From positions 1-64,000 of the IMG/VR virus record IMGVR_UViG_3300033146_000946: a DNA stretch of 64,000 nucleotides. The stretch is one strand, 5' to 3'. The notes under the pieces are model-generated. The model saw only the letters and a list, made by a program, of their open reading frames with translations, did not search any database and was not told the origin of the DNA. The position numbers and the translations under genes are program-made. Positions 17,862 through 28,268 of the stretch are shown here, one piece after another (the first letter of the stretch is position 1; every line of letters begins with the position of its first letter). The DNA comes from a virus.

Positions 17862-18965
17862 ATGGCTATTCCTAATTTCGGGCTCGATTTTACAGCTCAA
17901 AATACTCATAAAGTGCCAACAAGAAATCGCCCTGATAAATATGCAGAATCTCCTCTTGCACAAAGAGCTAGATTCGAAGTATCAGAAGGTATACGTCCAG
18001 CAGAATATTTTGCAGCTTATAAATATTTACCAGTACAACAAAAGGATATTACAACTGAAGATTTCGTTGTTATTCCTAAAGGTCGTATTTTAGGTGGACT
18101 CTCAGTATACGATATTGATCCAGAAGGTGGTATTAAAGGACCTCTTGATAGTGGTATTCTTTATGGTTTCGAAGATCAAGTTGGTGGTGGTACTGGCTCA
18201 TATTCACAAGATATGTCGTATTTCGGATATGACGAATATATTTCAACTTTACTAGTGCCTGCAAATGGTGGAGCAGTAAGTGAACTTTATTATACTGCAT
18301 TAGATGTTGAAGCTGGAACATATAAAGCTGATGGTACTTATGCTACTGTTGGTGATTCAGTTACAATTCCAGAAAACAGACCTATTGGTGTTGCTTTCCA
18401 TGATTGGTATCAAGATATTCGTGGTAAATATTTGAACTATAGAATGTGGCCAGATGGTGGACATGTACTTACAGATTGGTATATTGAAGTACCATATGTA
18501 GTAATGCAAGGTTCAGGTGTTGCTTTTAGAGCAACTCAAAATGATCCAACTCTTAGATCAGAATTTGAATCAGTAGCTAAAGTATTCAGCTATCTTTCTA
18601 TTAATACTAATGAAATAGATGCTGGTGCACCAATTGGAATGTATGTTAAATCAGACCTTATTGGTAACTATATGCCACAAGCTGGTGGTGCAGTTGATAC
18701 TCAAAAAACAGATCAAACTGTTGGTAAAATTTTAGCATTGGATACTAGATTTCCTAAATCTGGTCTTGAAGATGTTCAAACATATCCTGGTTCAAGAATG
18801 CCTGGTACTCAGACTGCTGGTCTACCAAGCTTCTTATTTGAATTCGTTGTTGCCTGTGAAAATTCAGTAGCTGGTGGACAAAATGATGTTACCATTGAAG
18901 ATGTTTTAGGACTTGTTCAAAGTGGTAAATACGGTGTAGCTAGAATACAGTTACTTGTATCTTAA
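17862..18965 (+). CDS. Capsid decoration/cement protein candidate
   Basis: Lies between scaffold and MCP; VVIPKGRI, PIGVA, VGKILA motifs; GGAGG RBS. Confidence 0.65.
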   Translation: MAIPNFGLDFTAQNTHKVPTRNRPDKYAESPLAQRARFEVSEGIRPAEYFAAYKYLPVQQKDITTEDFVVIPKGRILGGLSVYDIDPEGGIKGPLDSGILYGFEDQVGGGTGSYSQDMSYFGYDEYISTLLVPANGGAVSELYYTALDVEAGTYKADGTYATVGDSVTIPENRPIGVAFHDWYQDIRGKYLNYRMWPDGGHVLTDWYIEVPYVVMQGSGVAFRATQNDPTLRSEFESVAKVFSYLSINTNEIDAGAPIGMYVKSDLIGNYMPQAGGAVDTQKTDQTVGKILALDTRFPKSGLEDVQTYPGSRMPGTQTAGLPSFLFEFVVACENSVAGGQNDVTIEDVLGLVQSGKYGVARIQLLVS

Positions 18966-18975
18966 TTAAGGAGAA

Positions 18976-20286
18976 ATGACAATGTATATAAAAGACGAAG
19001 TCGCTCTTAGAGACTTTAAAAAGCAAGAAGACCGTGTTCTATTTGATAACGTTTATCATGCGTTTACAAATCGTGGTCTTATGTCAGATTCAGAAGGTAA
19101 TACTGAGTTCTTTGAACTTAAAGATTTAATTACTACACAAGATTTGACAAGATTTATTCCGCAAACAGTTGAAACTGTTGTTCGTGAAGCATTAGAACCT
19201 AATCTTTTTATTGTGGATAAATTATTTCAAGAAATCCAAATTCCTCGTGGATCTAGAATTCAAATCGGTGCACTTGGTGCAATGGAAGCTGGACGTGTTG
19301 GACAAGGTGGAGAATATCCAGAAAGATATGTAGATCTAGATGGTGGTGATATGGTAGCAATTACAACTGATAAACATGGTTTGAAAATTTCTTTAACTGA
19401 AGAAGTTCTCGATGAAAACCTTTTTGATGTTGTAGGTATTTGGCTCCGTGCTGCTGGACGTGCTCTTGCTCGTCATAAAGAAAGATCTGCTGCTAAACTA
19501 ATTAATGAAATGGGTTATGATGTATTTGATAATACTAATCCAACTAATTCATATATTGGTACAACAACTGGTCGTGATATTACTGGTGCAGCTAATGGTT
19601 CAATGACAGTTAATGATGTATTTGAAATGTATTCATATCTTATGCATCGTGGATTTAATCCTGATACTCTTATGATGCATCCTCTCGCATGGAAAACTTT
19701 CATGACTGATACTGAAATGCGTGAAGTTGTTCTTGAAGGTGCTACTGTAACATCTTATAGAAATCCAACTGGTTCATATGCTGAAGGTTGGGGAACTGGT
19801 CATAATGGTCTTGGTCTTAGAACTACTGCTACTGGTAATAGACAAACTTCTGGTAATAGCACTAAAGGACCTGATGCTTGGGTACAAACACTCAATCCAC
19901 TTGGAGCTACATTTAATATAGCACCTAGATATCTTCCAGCTCCACTTGAAGTACTTGTTACTCAATATGTTCCATTTGCTTATGGAACTAGAGGTGGTAG
20001 TGGTGTTCCTAATGAAACTACTAAAGGTTCTACTTCTAGTATTATTATGGTAGATTCAAATGCTTGTGGACTTATTGGACAATCTATGCCAGTTACTATG
20101 GATAGATGGACTGATCCTGAGCGTGATATTGAAAACATTAAACTTAAAGAAATGTGGGGACTTGCTTTACTTGAACAAGGTAAAGGAATCGCTATTGCTA
20201 GAAATATTTCTAGTGATAGAAACTACAACTTTGATAATGTCAATAGTAGAGAACTTACTGAGATCAATAGAGATACTGCGATTTAA
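18976..20286 (+). CDS. Major capsid protein (HK97 fold)
   Basis: FIPQTVE, VGQGGEYPE, KHGLKISLTEE, AGRALARHKE, PDTLMMHP; followed by a strong terminator. Confidence 0.92.
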   Translation: MTMYIKDEVALRDFKKQEDRVLFDNVYHAFTNRGLMSDSEGNTEFFELKDLITTQDLTRFIPQTVETVVREALEPNLFIVDKLFQEIQIPRGSRIQIGALGAMEAGRVGQGGEYPERYVDLDGGDMVAITTDKHGLKISLTEEVLDENLFDVVGIWLRAAGRALARHKERSAAKLINEMGYDVFDNTNPTNSYIGTTTGRDITGAANGSMTVNDVFEMYSYLMHRGFNPDTLMMHPLAWKTFMTDTEMREVVLEGATVTSYRNPTGSYAEGWGTGHNGLGLRTTATGNRQTSGNSTKGPDAWVQTLNPLGATFNIAPRYLPAPLEVLVTQYVPFAYGTRGGSGVPNETTKGSTSSIIMVDSNACGLIGQSMPVTMDRWTDPERDIENIKLKEMWGLALLEQGKGIAIARNISSDRNYNFDNVNSRELTEINRDTAI

Positions 20287-20312
20287 TTAATAATTTAATT
20301 AATATATAAAAA

Positions 20313-20340
20313 GAAGGAGGCTTTATGCCTCCTTTTTTTG
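20313..20340 (+). terminator. Intrinsic terminator after MCP
   Basis: AAGGAGGC-tttat-GCCTCCTT followed by a T-tract. Confidence 0.85.
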
Positions 20341-20346
20341 TTTATA

Positions 20347-20360
20347 TACTATACTATATT
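20347..20360 (+). promoter_or_regulatory. Putative late promoter motif TACTATACTATATT
   Basis: Directly after the terminator, 48 nt before ATG 20395. Confidence 0.7.
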
Positions 20361-20394
20361 TGAACCATATATTAATTATCGATAGGAGGTGTAT

Positions 20395-21177
20395 ATGGCT
20401 AATACTAAAAGTACTAAACAAAATACAACAAATAATACTACAAAAACTGTAGTGAATACAACAAAAAAACAAGAATTTAAATTACCAAAATATTTAAAAT
20501 TAGCACGTGGTGCTATGTGGTTTGATACCATTGGTGATAATTGTTCAAATGTAATGTTATATAATGTACCTATTAAATTTGTAGGTAGAGGATATATTTC
20601 TGATGAAGAACATGAACAAAGTTTACAAGATGGATATACTCCACAAAAAGAAATAGCTCGTGATATGTATAATAATGAAAGTTCAGAAGCTGGTAAATAT
20701 GGTATTGCTGAAATTGATGAAGATAAAAAAAGTTATTTTAAAGTATCTGATATTCCAGAAAATAAAAGAGCTAATATTATTAAAGCATTTAACCATGGTA
20801 TTTTAGTTGAATTTGATCCTGATAACATAGTTCCAGAAAAAGTAATTGAAAAAAATAAAAAGAACTTTACTTATAGAAAAGGTTCTAATAATGGAACCGA
20901 TGGTGATCTAGTTTTTGTAGGAAAAAATAAAAAAATGTATGATAAATTACAGAATAGTAAACATGATGAACTTATTAAATTTATTAAAAATTCATCTTTT
21001 TCTGCTAGAACTAATTTAATGGATTTATATGATTATGAACTTCAAGGATATAATAGATTAAGCAGACCAAGAGCTTCAGTTCTAGATGCAATCAAAGAAA
21101 AGTTGAATGATCTAGGACCAGGTATTTCACCAATTACTGTTGAAAAAGGTGATGAAGAATATCAAACCAAGGAATAA
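20395..21177 (+). CDS. Hypothetical head-associated protein
   Basis: AGGAGG RBS favours ATG 20395; C-terminal small helical domain (YE...RASVLDAIKEKL). Confidence 0.65.
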   Translation: MANTKSTKQNTTNNTTKTVVNTTKKQEFKLPKYLKLARGAMWFDTIGDNCSNVMLYNVPIKFVGRGYISDEEHEQSLQDGYTPQKEIARDMYNNESSEAGKYGIAEIDEDKKSYFKVSDIPENKRANIIKAFNHGILVEFDPDNIVPEKVIEKNKKNFTYRKGSNNGTDGDLVFVGKNKKMYDKLQNSKHDELIKFIKNSSFSARTNLMDLYDYELQGYNRLSRPRASVLDAIKEKLNDLGPGISPITVEKGDEEYQTKE

Positions 21178-21180
21178 ACT

Positions 21181-21897
21181 ATGTACGAATTATTAGTTTC
21201 AGGACATTATCCAAATATTAATGAGAAAAATGTTCCTAGAAATGCAACTATTAAAGTTATTTTATCAGATACAATAGATGTAAATTCTATTAAAGATACT
21301 AATCTAACTGTAGTAGATTATGTTTATAATCCAGTTGAAGGAATAGTCACATTTGATTATTCTGATAAAGGTACTACCGATAGTAATGCAAATATATTGA
21401 CATTTACTCCTAAAACGTATCTTGATCCTGAAACTAATTATTTCGTATATGTTAATAAATATCCAGATAGTGTTAAATCAATTAATGATAATTTTATTCA
21501 AGATACTTATAAATTTACTTTTACAACTGGTATTCAAACAATAGAAGATTCAAATCCAACATTTGAAGAATTATTAAGAATAGATTTAGAAGCAGCTATT
21601 GCTAGAGAAGATTGGTGCGAAGCTGCTCGAATATCTTCTTTATTAGATAAAGAACAAAATTCATGTCCTATTGTGCCATCTGGAATTAATCCAATTGATC
21701 CAATTGATCCTATTAATCCAATTGATCCAGAACCTGAATATCTTATATTATCTGATACATTTCCTAAAAATAATGCATCAGATGTTCCTCTAGAAAAATT
21801 ACGCTTCATTAAATTATCATTTAATGATGAAATGCCTGACGATGGTGTTGATTATAATAGCTTTATAACTGTTATGAATAAACATGTTTTGGAGTAA
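21181..21897 (+). CDS. Ig-like (Big_5/SbsA-type) domain protein with UVR-like helix pair and Pro-rich linker
   Basis: YP..NEKNVPRN..I.V..S..ID..SI, LTFTP..L.PET.Y, FTFTT; partial second repeat TFP.NNASDVP. Confidence 0.75.
   Translation: MYELLVSGHYPNINEKNVPRNATIKVILSDTIDVNSIKDTNLTVVDYVYNPVEGIVTFDYSDKGTTDSNANILTFTPKTYLDPETNYFVYVNKYPDSVKSINDNFIQDTYKFTFTTGIQTIEDSNPTFEELLRIDLEAAIAREDWCEAARISSLLDKEQNSCPIVPSGINPIDPIDPINPIDPEPEYLILSDTFPKNNASDVPLEKLRFIKLSFNDEMPDDGVDYNSFITVMNKHVLE
21685..21729 (+). repeat. Five 9-bp tandem repeats encoding (I-N/D-P)5
   Basis: ATT RAT CCW x5. Confidence 0.9.
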
Positions 21898-21900
21898 ATA

Positions 21901-23058
21901 ATGTCTGGAAATTTAACCTTTTATAAAACACCAAATGAATCTTATGAATTAGTATTTGATTATACTAAATTATTAGGTTATGGTGAAACTATTAAATCTT
22001 GTGTTGTATATGTTAATAATACAGAAATTGTTGGTACATATGATGAACGATATGACCAATATTTAAATAATGCTGGTAATTTTGATACAGTATTTACATA
22101 TGATCCATATATTTATGATAATGATACTATTCTAATTAAAACTAGTAGCGGTGTTTTAAATGAAAAATATAATATAACTGTCTCTGGTATAACTAATAGA
22201 AGAAGATTTCTCGGAAAATCAATTGATGTATTTATTGATGAATATGCTTATCCTGAAGTATTCAATGAATTTGAATATAGATATCTTGTAGATTATAATG
22301 ATATTTATATATTACCTGCTATTTATGAAAATCATCCTGGATTTATATATAATACTGAATTTGTTATAATGATAAATCATATGATTTCTAGTGTTACTCC
22401 ATTATTTATGGAAAAAGATACGTCATTTACGTTTACTTCTAAATATTGTCCAATGTTTACAAGTGCTGCTCAAATAATTTTATTATTAGGACCTGAAGCT
22501 GAAAAATTTACAGAAGATACTATTAATAGATATATTTATAAAACATCTAAAGAAGCTATAGATTTATTAAATATAAGTGGACCTTGTGGTGGAACTCCTA
22601 GATTTCCATATGATTATTATGGATGTACTCCTGACCTAGTACCATATAATCTTAGAAAATATGTTGAATGTAAAACAGCTTACGATTTATTAAATTTAAT
22701 AGATAGATTAAGATTAATTGGTGGTTCAGAAGGTGGACAAACTAAAACACTTGGTGATATGACTATTAAATATGATGGTAGTGGTGGTAATGGTGGTTCA
22801 CAATGTCCTACATGTGGTCCTAAAAAAGATCTTTATGATTGTTATACTGGTTTACAAAATATACTTAGTAATGGTGCTAATGCTTGCGGTGTAGGTGGAG
22901 GTATCAATAATGCTGTACGTGGTAAATATGATGTTAGTAAAGGTTATGCGCATCCTACAAGAGATTTAAAACATAATAGAATTATTAAACCTTCTCCAAA
23001 TTCAAATGGTCCATGGTATGGTAATGGTAATACTAGATATCCTTCTAGGAGATTATAA
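21901..23058 (+). CDS. Head-tail adaptor/neck protein candidate
   Basis: Position after MCP; LRKYVECKTAYDLL..KTLGDMTIKY adaptor-like pattern. Confidence 0.55.
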   Translation: MSGNLTFYKTPNESYELVFDYTKLLGYGETIKSCVVYVNNTEIVGTYDERYDQYLNNAGNFDTVFTYDPYIYDNDTILIKTSSGVLNEKYNITVSGITNRRRFLGKSIDVFIDEYAYPEVFNEFEYRYLVDYNDIYILPAIYENHPGFIYNTEFVIMINHMISSVTPLFMEKDTSFTFTSKYCPMFTSAAQIILLLGPEAEKFTEDTINRYIYKTSKEAIDLLNISGPCGGTPRFPYDYYGCTPDLVPYNLRKYVECKTAYDLLNLIDRLRLIGGSEGGQTKTLGDMTIKYDGSGGNGGSQCPTCGPKKDLYDCYTGLQNILSNGANACGVGGGINNAVRGKYDVSKGYAHPTRDLKHNRIIKPSPNSNGPWYGNGNTRYPSRRL

Positions 23059-23606
23059 TGAATTTTTTTAAAGATACTACAGTTAATACCGATTCCGAAA
23101 TACAAAATTCTTTCTATCCTGGATTAAATTCACAAGCTGATGGTATTGATTTAAGAATTGAAATGAATAGAATTTTATATGGTACTCCTTTTAAAAAACC
23201 TTTAGGTGAATGGGTTATAATTAGAGTATTTGATGCAAATATTAAATCTAAATATTTTAATGAATATTCTAAAGAAGGAGTTATGGGTCCAAATCATCCT
23301 TTTATTGATTATCTTGTTAGAGCTAGAAGAGCACCTTCAAGATTAACTAGAAGTAGTTTAGATACTGAAAAATCTGTAGAATTAGCTAATAATAAATTTT
23401 CATTTTATTTAGAATGGTTTATTCCTGTCGCTGATGGTGATCAAATTTTTGAGTTAGATTGGCCTGATCATAGTATTAAACCTACTGACGATGAAATCGT
23501 ATTATTAAAAAAATACGATATAGATAGAGTACATCCATATAGATTAGAAAATGGAAATATACAATATCTACAAGCAGTTTGTGTTTTAAATCATATAACA
23601 TATTAA
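23058..23606 (+). CDS. Head closure/neck protein candidate
   Basis: Position; FYLEW..P..GDQIFEL, YDIDRVHPYR.ENG.IQY. Confidence 0.5.
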   Translation: MNFFKDTTVNTDSEIQNSFYPGLNSQADGIDLRIEMNRILYGTPFKKPLGEWVIIRVFDANIKSKYFNEYSKEGVMGPNHPFIDYLVRARRAPSRLTRSSLDTEKSVELANNKFSFYLEWFIPVADGDQIFELDWPDHSIKPTDDEIVLLKKYDIDRVHPYRLENGNIQYLQAVCVLNHITY

Positions 23607-23616
23607 GGATTAAATT

Positions 23617-24561
23617 ATGATATTAGATAAAACATTTTATAAAAATATAGGATTAAATCCTGGAGTAGCTTCTGATTTATCTTTTGTTATACTTGATACT
23701 TCTACTAATCAAATAATACATGATAATAGTATTAAACATAGTACAAGTGTTGGTAGTGCTCAAAGTATATTAGAAATGCATATGCTAATGACTCGATCAT
23801 TAGCATTAATTAATCCTAATTTAATATTTTCACCTGATTTTCCTGATTATCTATTATCTGAAGATGATCCAAAATATATGGAAACATTACCAACTTTAAA
23901 AATGGAACAATATAAACATATGCCACATTTTCGTTGGGATTTATATCAAAGAAATTTTGATGTATATGATACTACTACATTAGTACCTGCACCACATATA
24001 ACATGGGGTATAGTTAGACAAGAACCAGGTACTGTTTCTGGTTCACCTTTTCGTGGTACACAAGAAATTAAGCCAAGAGAACGTGAATTAATTATTATGT
24101 TTGATAAAGATTATAAAAATATTTTAAAATCAAATAGTGATAATAATTTTATAGAAACTAATGATAAATTATTTAAATATATAAAAGTAACTGGACAATT
24201 TATGGATAACTTAGTTCAATATAATATTTGGGCTCAAAGTAATTGGGAAGTTGAAGAATTAACTGATTGGTTTCAACGAAGATATATGCTACCATATACT
24301 GGTATGTTTCGTGAAGCTGGTATTAATAACTTATATTTCGATAGACGAGTTAGAGATGATACATTGATGGCAATGAAAAATAAATATCATCTCAGATCTA
24401 TACTATACTATATAAGAACTGAACATATCTATAATGATACTATAATGCCGATTAAAAGAATTGATGTTGATTTAGATGTAATTGCATCTGCATCAGAATA
24501 TACTATGAACCAAAAATTAGGTGATTATTATGATAACATTCTTAAACGTTGGCATTCTTAA
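23617..24561 (+). CDS. Tail terminator/completion protein candidate
   Basis: Immediately before sheath; KPRERE, GQFMDNLVQYNIWA..NWEVEELTDWF. Confidence 0.55.
   Translation: MILDKTFYKNIGLNPGVASDLSFVILDTSTNQIIHDNSIKHSTSVGSAQSILEMHMLMTRSLALINPNLIFSPDFPDYLLSEDDPKYMETLPTLKMEQYKHMPHFRWDLYQRNFDVYDTTTLVPAPHITWGIVRQEPGTVSGSPFRGTQEIKPRERELIIMFDKDYKNILKSNSDNNFIETNDKLFKYIKVTGQFMDNLVQYNIWAQSNWEVEELTDWFQRRYMLPYTGMFREAGINNLYFDRRVRDDTLMAMKNKYHLRSILYYIRTEHIYNDTIMPIKRIDVDLDVIASASEYTMNQKLGDYYDNILKRWHS
24401..24414 (+). promoter_or_regulatory. Putative late promoter motif embedded in the gene upstream of sheath
   Basis: TACTATACTATATA, about 180 nt before the sheath ATG. Confidence 0.6.
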
Positions 24562-24582
24562 AATAAAAATAGGAGAAAAATA

Positions 24583-27459
24583 ATGGCTAGAGAATATGCG
24601 ATTCCAAGCTCTTCTACGATCTTACAAGATTACGGATTAACTGTTAAAACTCCACCAACAGCTCGTAATAGAAGAGTCGTGATAATAGGAACAGCCGAAG
24701 ATGGTCCACTATATGAACCAATAGCTATCGATCAACCTCAAGATTCAGAATTAGTCTGGGGTAGACAGCTAATGGGTGATTTAGTACGTGGAATTTTCGA
24801 ATGTTGGAATTCTCAAAATTCCAATCAAAATGTCGTTGGTGTAAGAATTGGTAAAGCTGAAACATCAATTTTAGAAATTCCTGAAATACATTCAGATGGC
24901 GTTGATGAAGAAGATAGTGATGAAAATATCGTATCGTTACGATTGAAAGGTAGAAATCCTGGTCCTATTTATGATCAGATTACAATTCAATATGATTCAA
25001 GTATGAATCATGCTGGTGATATTTCTATCTATAATCCTAAAACTGGAGCGTACTCTTACTTTTCAGTTGATAGAACTAATCCTTATAATACATCTGTTGA
25101 TGTACATAATATTTCTGAATTAGTTACTGCTATTAATAATGATAGAAATTTGGCATATACAGTCGTTGCTGAATATGACGAATTAGTAACTGATTATGAA
25201 TTAGTAATTAGTGGATTAACACCTGGTGTTATTCAATCTGCTGATTCTGTTAGATTAAATCTATCTCAGATTCTAGCTGAATCTGGAGTAATAGCATCAG
25301 GTAATGATGCCTTTCTTGTTACTGATCCTGATCTACCTTATGATATTAATGGAATAGATTATGCTAAAAATTTAACAGTTGCAAATAATCTAATTAATTT
25401 AGAATCGGTAACTGGTATTGGTATTTCTGAATGGACTAAACAAGAATTTAAAGGTATTGTTACTAAACTAGAACATACTCCATTAGATGGTAAAAATAAT
25501 TCTAGATGGGATTCTATTCAAGCATTAAAAGACTATGATGGAGATTCTAAATATATTACAAGTCCTGGTCCTTCTGGACAAGTAATTTCAGAATATTTGT
25601 ATAATGTAGAATTTGCATTAATTAATGAAATTCCTACTGATTTTAAAGGTCTAGATGAACAAAATGTTTTTACATTTGATATTGATATTCCTTTAGATGA
25701 TACTGAAAATCCAGGTATGGTACTTAATGATAGTGTAGCATTTAAATATATATCTATTAATCATCCTGAGTATAATGATTATCAAGGTACTGGTGATTAT
25801 GAAGATGCTAGATGTATTGGTGTTGAAACTAAAAAAGTAGATGGTAAAGATGAAAGACCTTATGGTGCAGTTCGTGTATTTGTTTCTAATAAAATAGATA
25901 ATACTGCTCAATGGACAGAAGTTCCATATCATTCTCAATCTGGTGTATATATTTCTGAATTTATAGAAGATAATAATGAAGGTAATAAACTTCAATTTGC
26001 TATCGGACCTGCTGCGTCTGGTTGTTATGATATTAATAATTCACATATAACATTTGATACTGGTATACCTGATACTGATCCTATTAAATGGTCTAATTTA
26101 ACTCAGTTAATTGATAAAGACGGTTTTATTCAAGATGGTGTATATATTCGAGTAACTGGTAATACTGTTAAAGGCTTTTTAACAGAAGTAGATACTTTAT
26201 CTCAACTTGAAGCATCTATGCAAACTGCTAGAAAACCAACATATTACTTCTTGCGTGGTGATGAACTTGTATTAAATGCTGCACCTAATTTTCCAATGAT
26301 TATTAATTATGGAATAAAAATTAATTATGAAATAGGAACTACTGTTGCTATTACTGATTATTTTAATGGTGAACTTACATTCTTAGATAGAGAAAATCTT
26401 CCAGGTCCTGGAGGTGGTAGAATTGAAGATGATAAAATAACACATATCAGATTAAATTATAAATATATGCCTAATTTTCCAGCAATAACATCTAAAGCTA
26501 AATCTTTACATGGTGGTAAAACTGGAGCTAAACTTTCTGTTAAAGAAAGAGAAGAAGAACTAATTAAAGCATATGATTATCTTCGTAATTTTGAAGCTGA
26601 TATCTGGGTTCCTATGGGTGCTTATATTGATGCTATTAAAGAAGATTATAATGAAAATACTGGTTTATTAGAAAAACAGATGAATTCATTTTCTGCTGGT
26701 ATTGAAGATTTCTTAGTTGAACAATCTATTAATCAATATCAACCTCATGCTATACTTGGTGTTACACAAGTAGAAGGTGAAACATTAGGTGATAAAGATG
26801 AATGGGTTAAAAATTTAACTGAATATGATATTGATGATCCACTTCGTGGTGCTAATTCAATGGCTGCTATACAAAGTAAATATATTTCAGTTGCTGCTTT
26901 CGAACCTATCTTTATGAATACAGGTAGAGGTGCTCCTTATGCTGCTAATGGTCAAGCTGCTTATGCTGGACTTATTGCATCATTACCTTATGACATATCT
27001 CCAACTAATAAACCTATTACTGGTATAACTGCTACTAGATTTAATCTAGCTATTCCTCAATTAGAAGCTCTAAATAATTTTAGATATGTTACTATGAAGA
27101 ATACTAATACTAGAAATCCTGTAATAGTTAATGATATTACTGCAGCTCCTTATGGATCCGATTATGTAAATTGGTCTATATTTAGTATTACTAAAGAAGC
27201 TGCTGATAGAATTAAACGCGTAGCAGATAGTTATATCGGAAGACCAAATAGTATGGAAGTTCGTAATGCATTAGATCAAGATATTTCTAATGTGTTGAAA
27301 AATATGAGTGGTATTCAAGCATTTAATTTCAACTTGTCAAGTACAATTGACCAACAGATTTTAGGTGTTATTGAAATTGATTTAGTTATAGTTCCAGTCT
27401 TCACTATTAAGAAGATTAGAACAACTATTAAACTTAGAAAGAACGTTGCTCTAGGTTAA
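24583..27459 (+). CDS. Contractile tail sheath protein
   Basis: VVIIGTAEDGP..P N-terminus; AAYAGL..SPTNK, YIGRPN, IDLVIVPVFTIKKI C-terminus. Confidence 0.92.
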   Translation: MAREYAIPSSSTILQDYGLTVKTPPTARNRRVVIIGTAEDGPLYEPIAIDQPQDSELVWGRQLMGDLVRGIFECWNSQNSNQNVVGVRIGKAETSILEIPEIHSDGVDEEDSDENIVSLRLKGRNPGPIYDQITIQYDSSMNHAGDISIYNPKTGAYSYFSVDRTNPYNTSVDVHNISELVTAINNDRNLAYTVVAEYDELVTDYELVISGLTPGVIQSADSVRLNLSQILAESGVIASGNDAFLVTDPDLPYDINGIDYAKNLTVANNLINLESVTGIGISEWTKQEFKGIVTKLEHTPLDGKNNSRWDSIQALKDYDGDSKYITSPGPSGQVISEYLYNVEFALINEIPTDFKGLDEQNVFTFDIDIPLDDTENPGMVLNDSVAFKYISINHPEYNDYQGTGDYEDARCIGVETKKVDGKDERPYGAVRVFVSNKIDNTAQWTEVPYHSQSGVYISEFIEDNNEGNKLQFAIGPAASGCYDINNSHITFDTGIPDTDPIKWSNLTQLIDKDGFIQDGVYIRVTGNTVKGFLTEVDTLSQLEASMQTARKPTYYFLRGDELVLNAAPNFPMIINYGIKINYEIGTTVAITDYFNGELTFLDRENLPGPGGGRIEDDKITHIRLNYKYMPNFPAITSKAKSLHGGKTGAKLSVKEREEELIKAYDYLRNFEADIWVPMGAYIDAIKEDYNENTGLLEKQMNSFSAGIEDFLVEQSINQYQPHAILGVTQVEGETLGDKDEWVKNLTEYDIDDPLRGANSMAAIQSKYISVAAFEPIFMNTGRGAPYAANGQAAYAGLIASLPYDISPTNKPITGITATRFNLAIPQLEALNNFRYVTMKNTNTRNPVIVNDITAAPYGSDYVNWSIFSITKEAADRIKRVADSYIGRPNSMEVRNALDQDISNVLKNMSGIQAFNFNLSSTIDQQILGVIEIDLVIVPVFTIKKIRTTIKLRKNVALG

Positions 27460-27469
27460 AATAAATAAT

Positions 27470-27496
27470 TTATCAGGATCTTTATGATCCTGATAA
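27470..27496 (+). other. Perfect 11-bp hairpin between sheath and tube genes
   Basis: TTATCAGGATC-tttat-GATCCTGATAA with only a weak U-tract. Confidence 0.75.
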
Positions 27497-27519
27497 TCTT
27501 AAACGTGAGGTGAGTTATT

Positions 27520-28197
27520 ATGAGTAATTTTTCAAATACTTTAACACAAACCTATAATGCGCATGCTGGTACTGATATAATAGCCACACTTAACGGGGTT
27601 GTTCTAGGTAATCTTAATGGTATATCTTTCTCAACTACTCGTGAAAAAGCACCAGTTTATACATTAGGTAATGTTGATGCTGTAGCTTTTGGACGTGGTA
27701 AACGTGGTCATGCTGGATCTATGATTTTTACTAATTTTGATAGACACGCATTATTTGATATACAAAAAGAATTAGAAGGTACTGATCATGAATTAATGTA
27801 TTATAGAAAAGGTACAGATATTCCTGCTGGTGGTAGATCCGTTTTATTAGGTAATGATAATCAGATCGAAGAACTAACAGAAATTGGACGTTCTTGGAAA
27901 GTTCCAGCTAACTATTCTGACCAGATTCCACCTTTTACTATTACATTGACTGGTCAAAATGAATATGGTAGTATTTCAGTAATGGCTTTACTTGGTGTAG
28001 AGTTCATTAATGAAGGTTCAGGTATTTCTATCGATGATATTGTTACTGAAACACAAATGACTTTTGTGGCTCGTGCAATTCAAACATGGAGACCTCTATT
28101 AAAAGGTGATCTTCGAGCTTTTGATCCAAAAGTTATTGGACCTGAAAGTCCATTAGCTGCAGTTAGATCTGCTTGGGCTGCTCAAGATGCTAGATAA
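27520..28197 (+). CDS. Tail tube protein
   Basis: Follows sheath; GTDI, GISFS..REKAPVYTLG, RGKR..AGSMIF, DQIPPF, GVEFINEG..SIDD. Confidence 0.8.
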   Translation: MSNFSNTLTQTYNAHAGTDIIATLNGVVLGNLNGISFSTTREKAPVYTLGNVDAVAFGRGKRGHAGSMIFTNFDRHALFDIQKELEGTDHELMYYRKGTDIPAGGRSVLLGNDNQIEELTEIGRSWKVPANYSDQIPPFTITLTGQNEYGSISVMALLGVEFINEGSGISIDDIVTETQMTFVARAIQTWRPLLKGDLRAFDPKVIGPESPLAAVRSAWAAQDAR

Positions 28198-28216
28198 TTA
28201 TAATATGGTTTGTTAT

Positions 28217-28249
28217 TGGTATGAGAGCGAATGCTCTCATACCATATTT
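28217..28249 (+). terminator. Terminator/attenuator after tube gene
   Basis: TGGTATGAGAGC-gaat-GCTCTCATACCA followed by TATTT. Confidence 0.75.
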
Positions 28250-28268
28250 AAAATATAGGTTATAAAAT

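Noticed and set aside
20281-20305. TTAATTAA palindromes after MCP
   Set aside because: Pure A/T, expected by chance at this base composition
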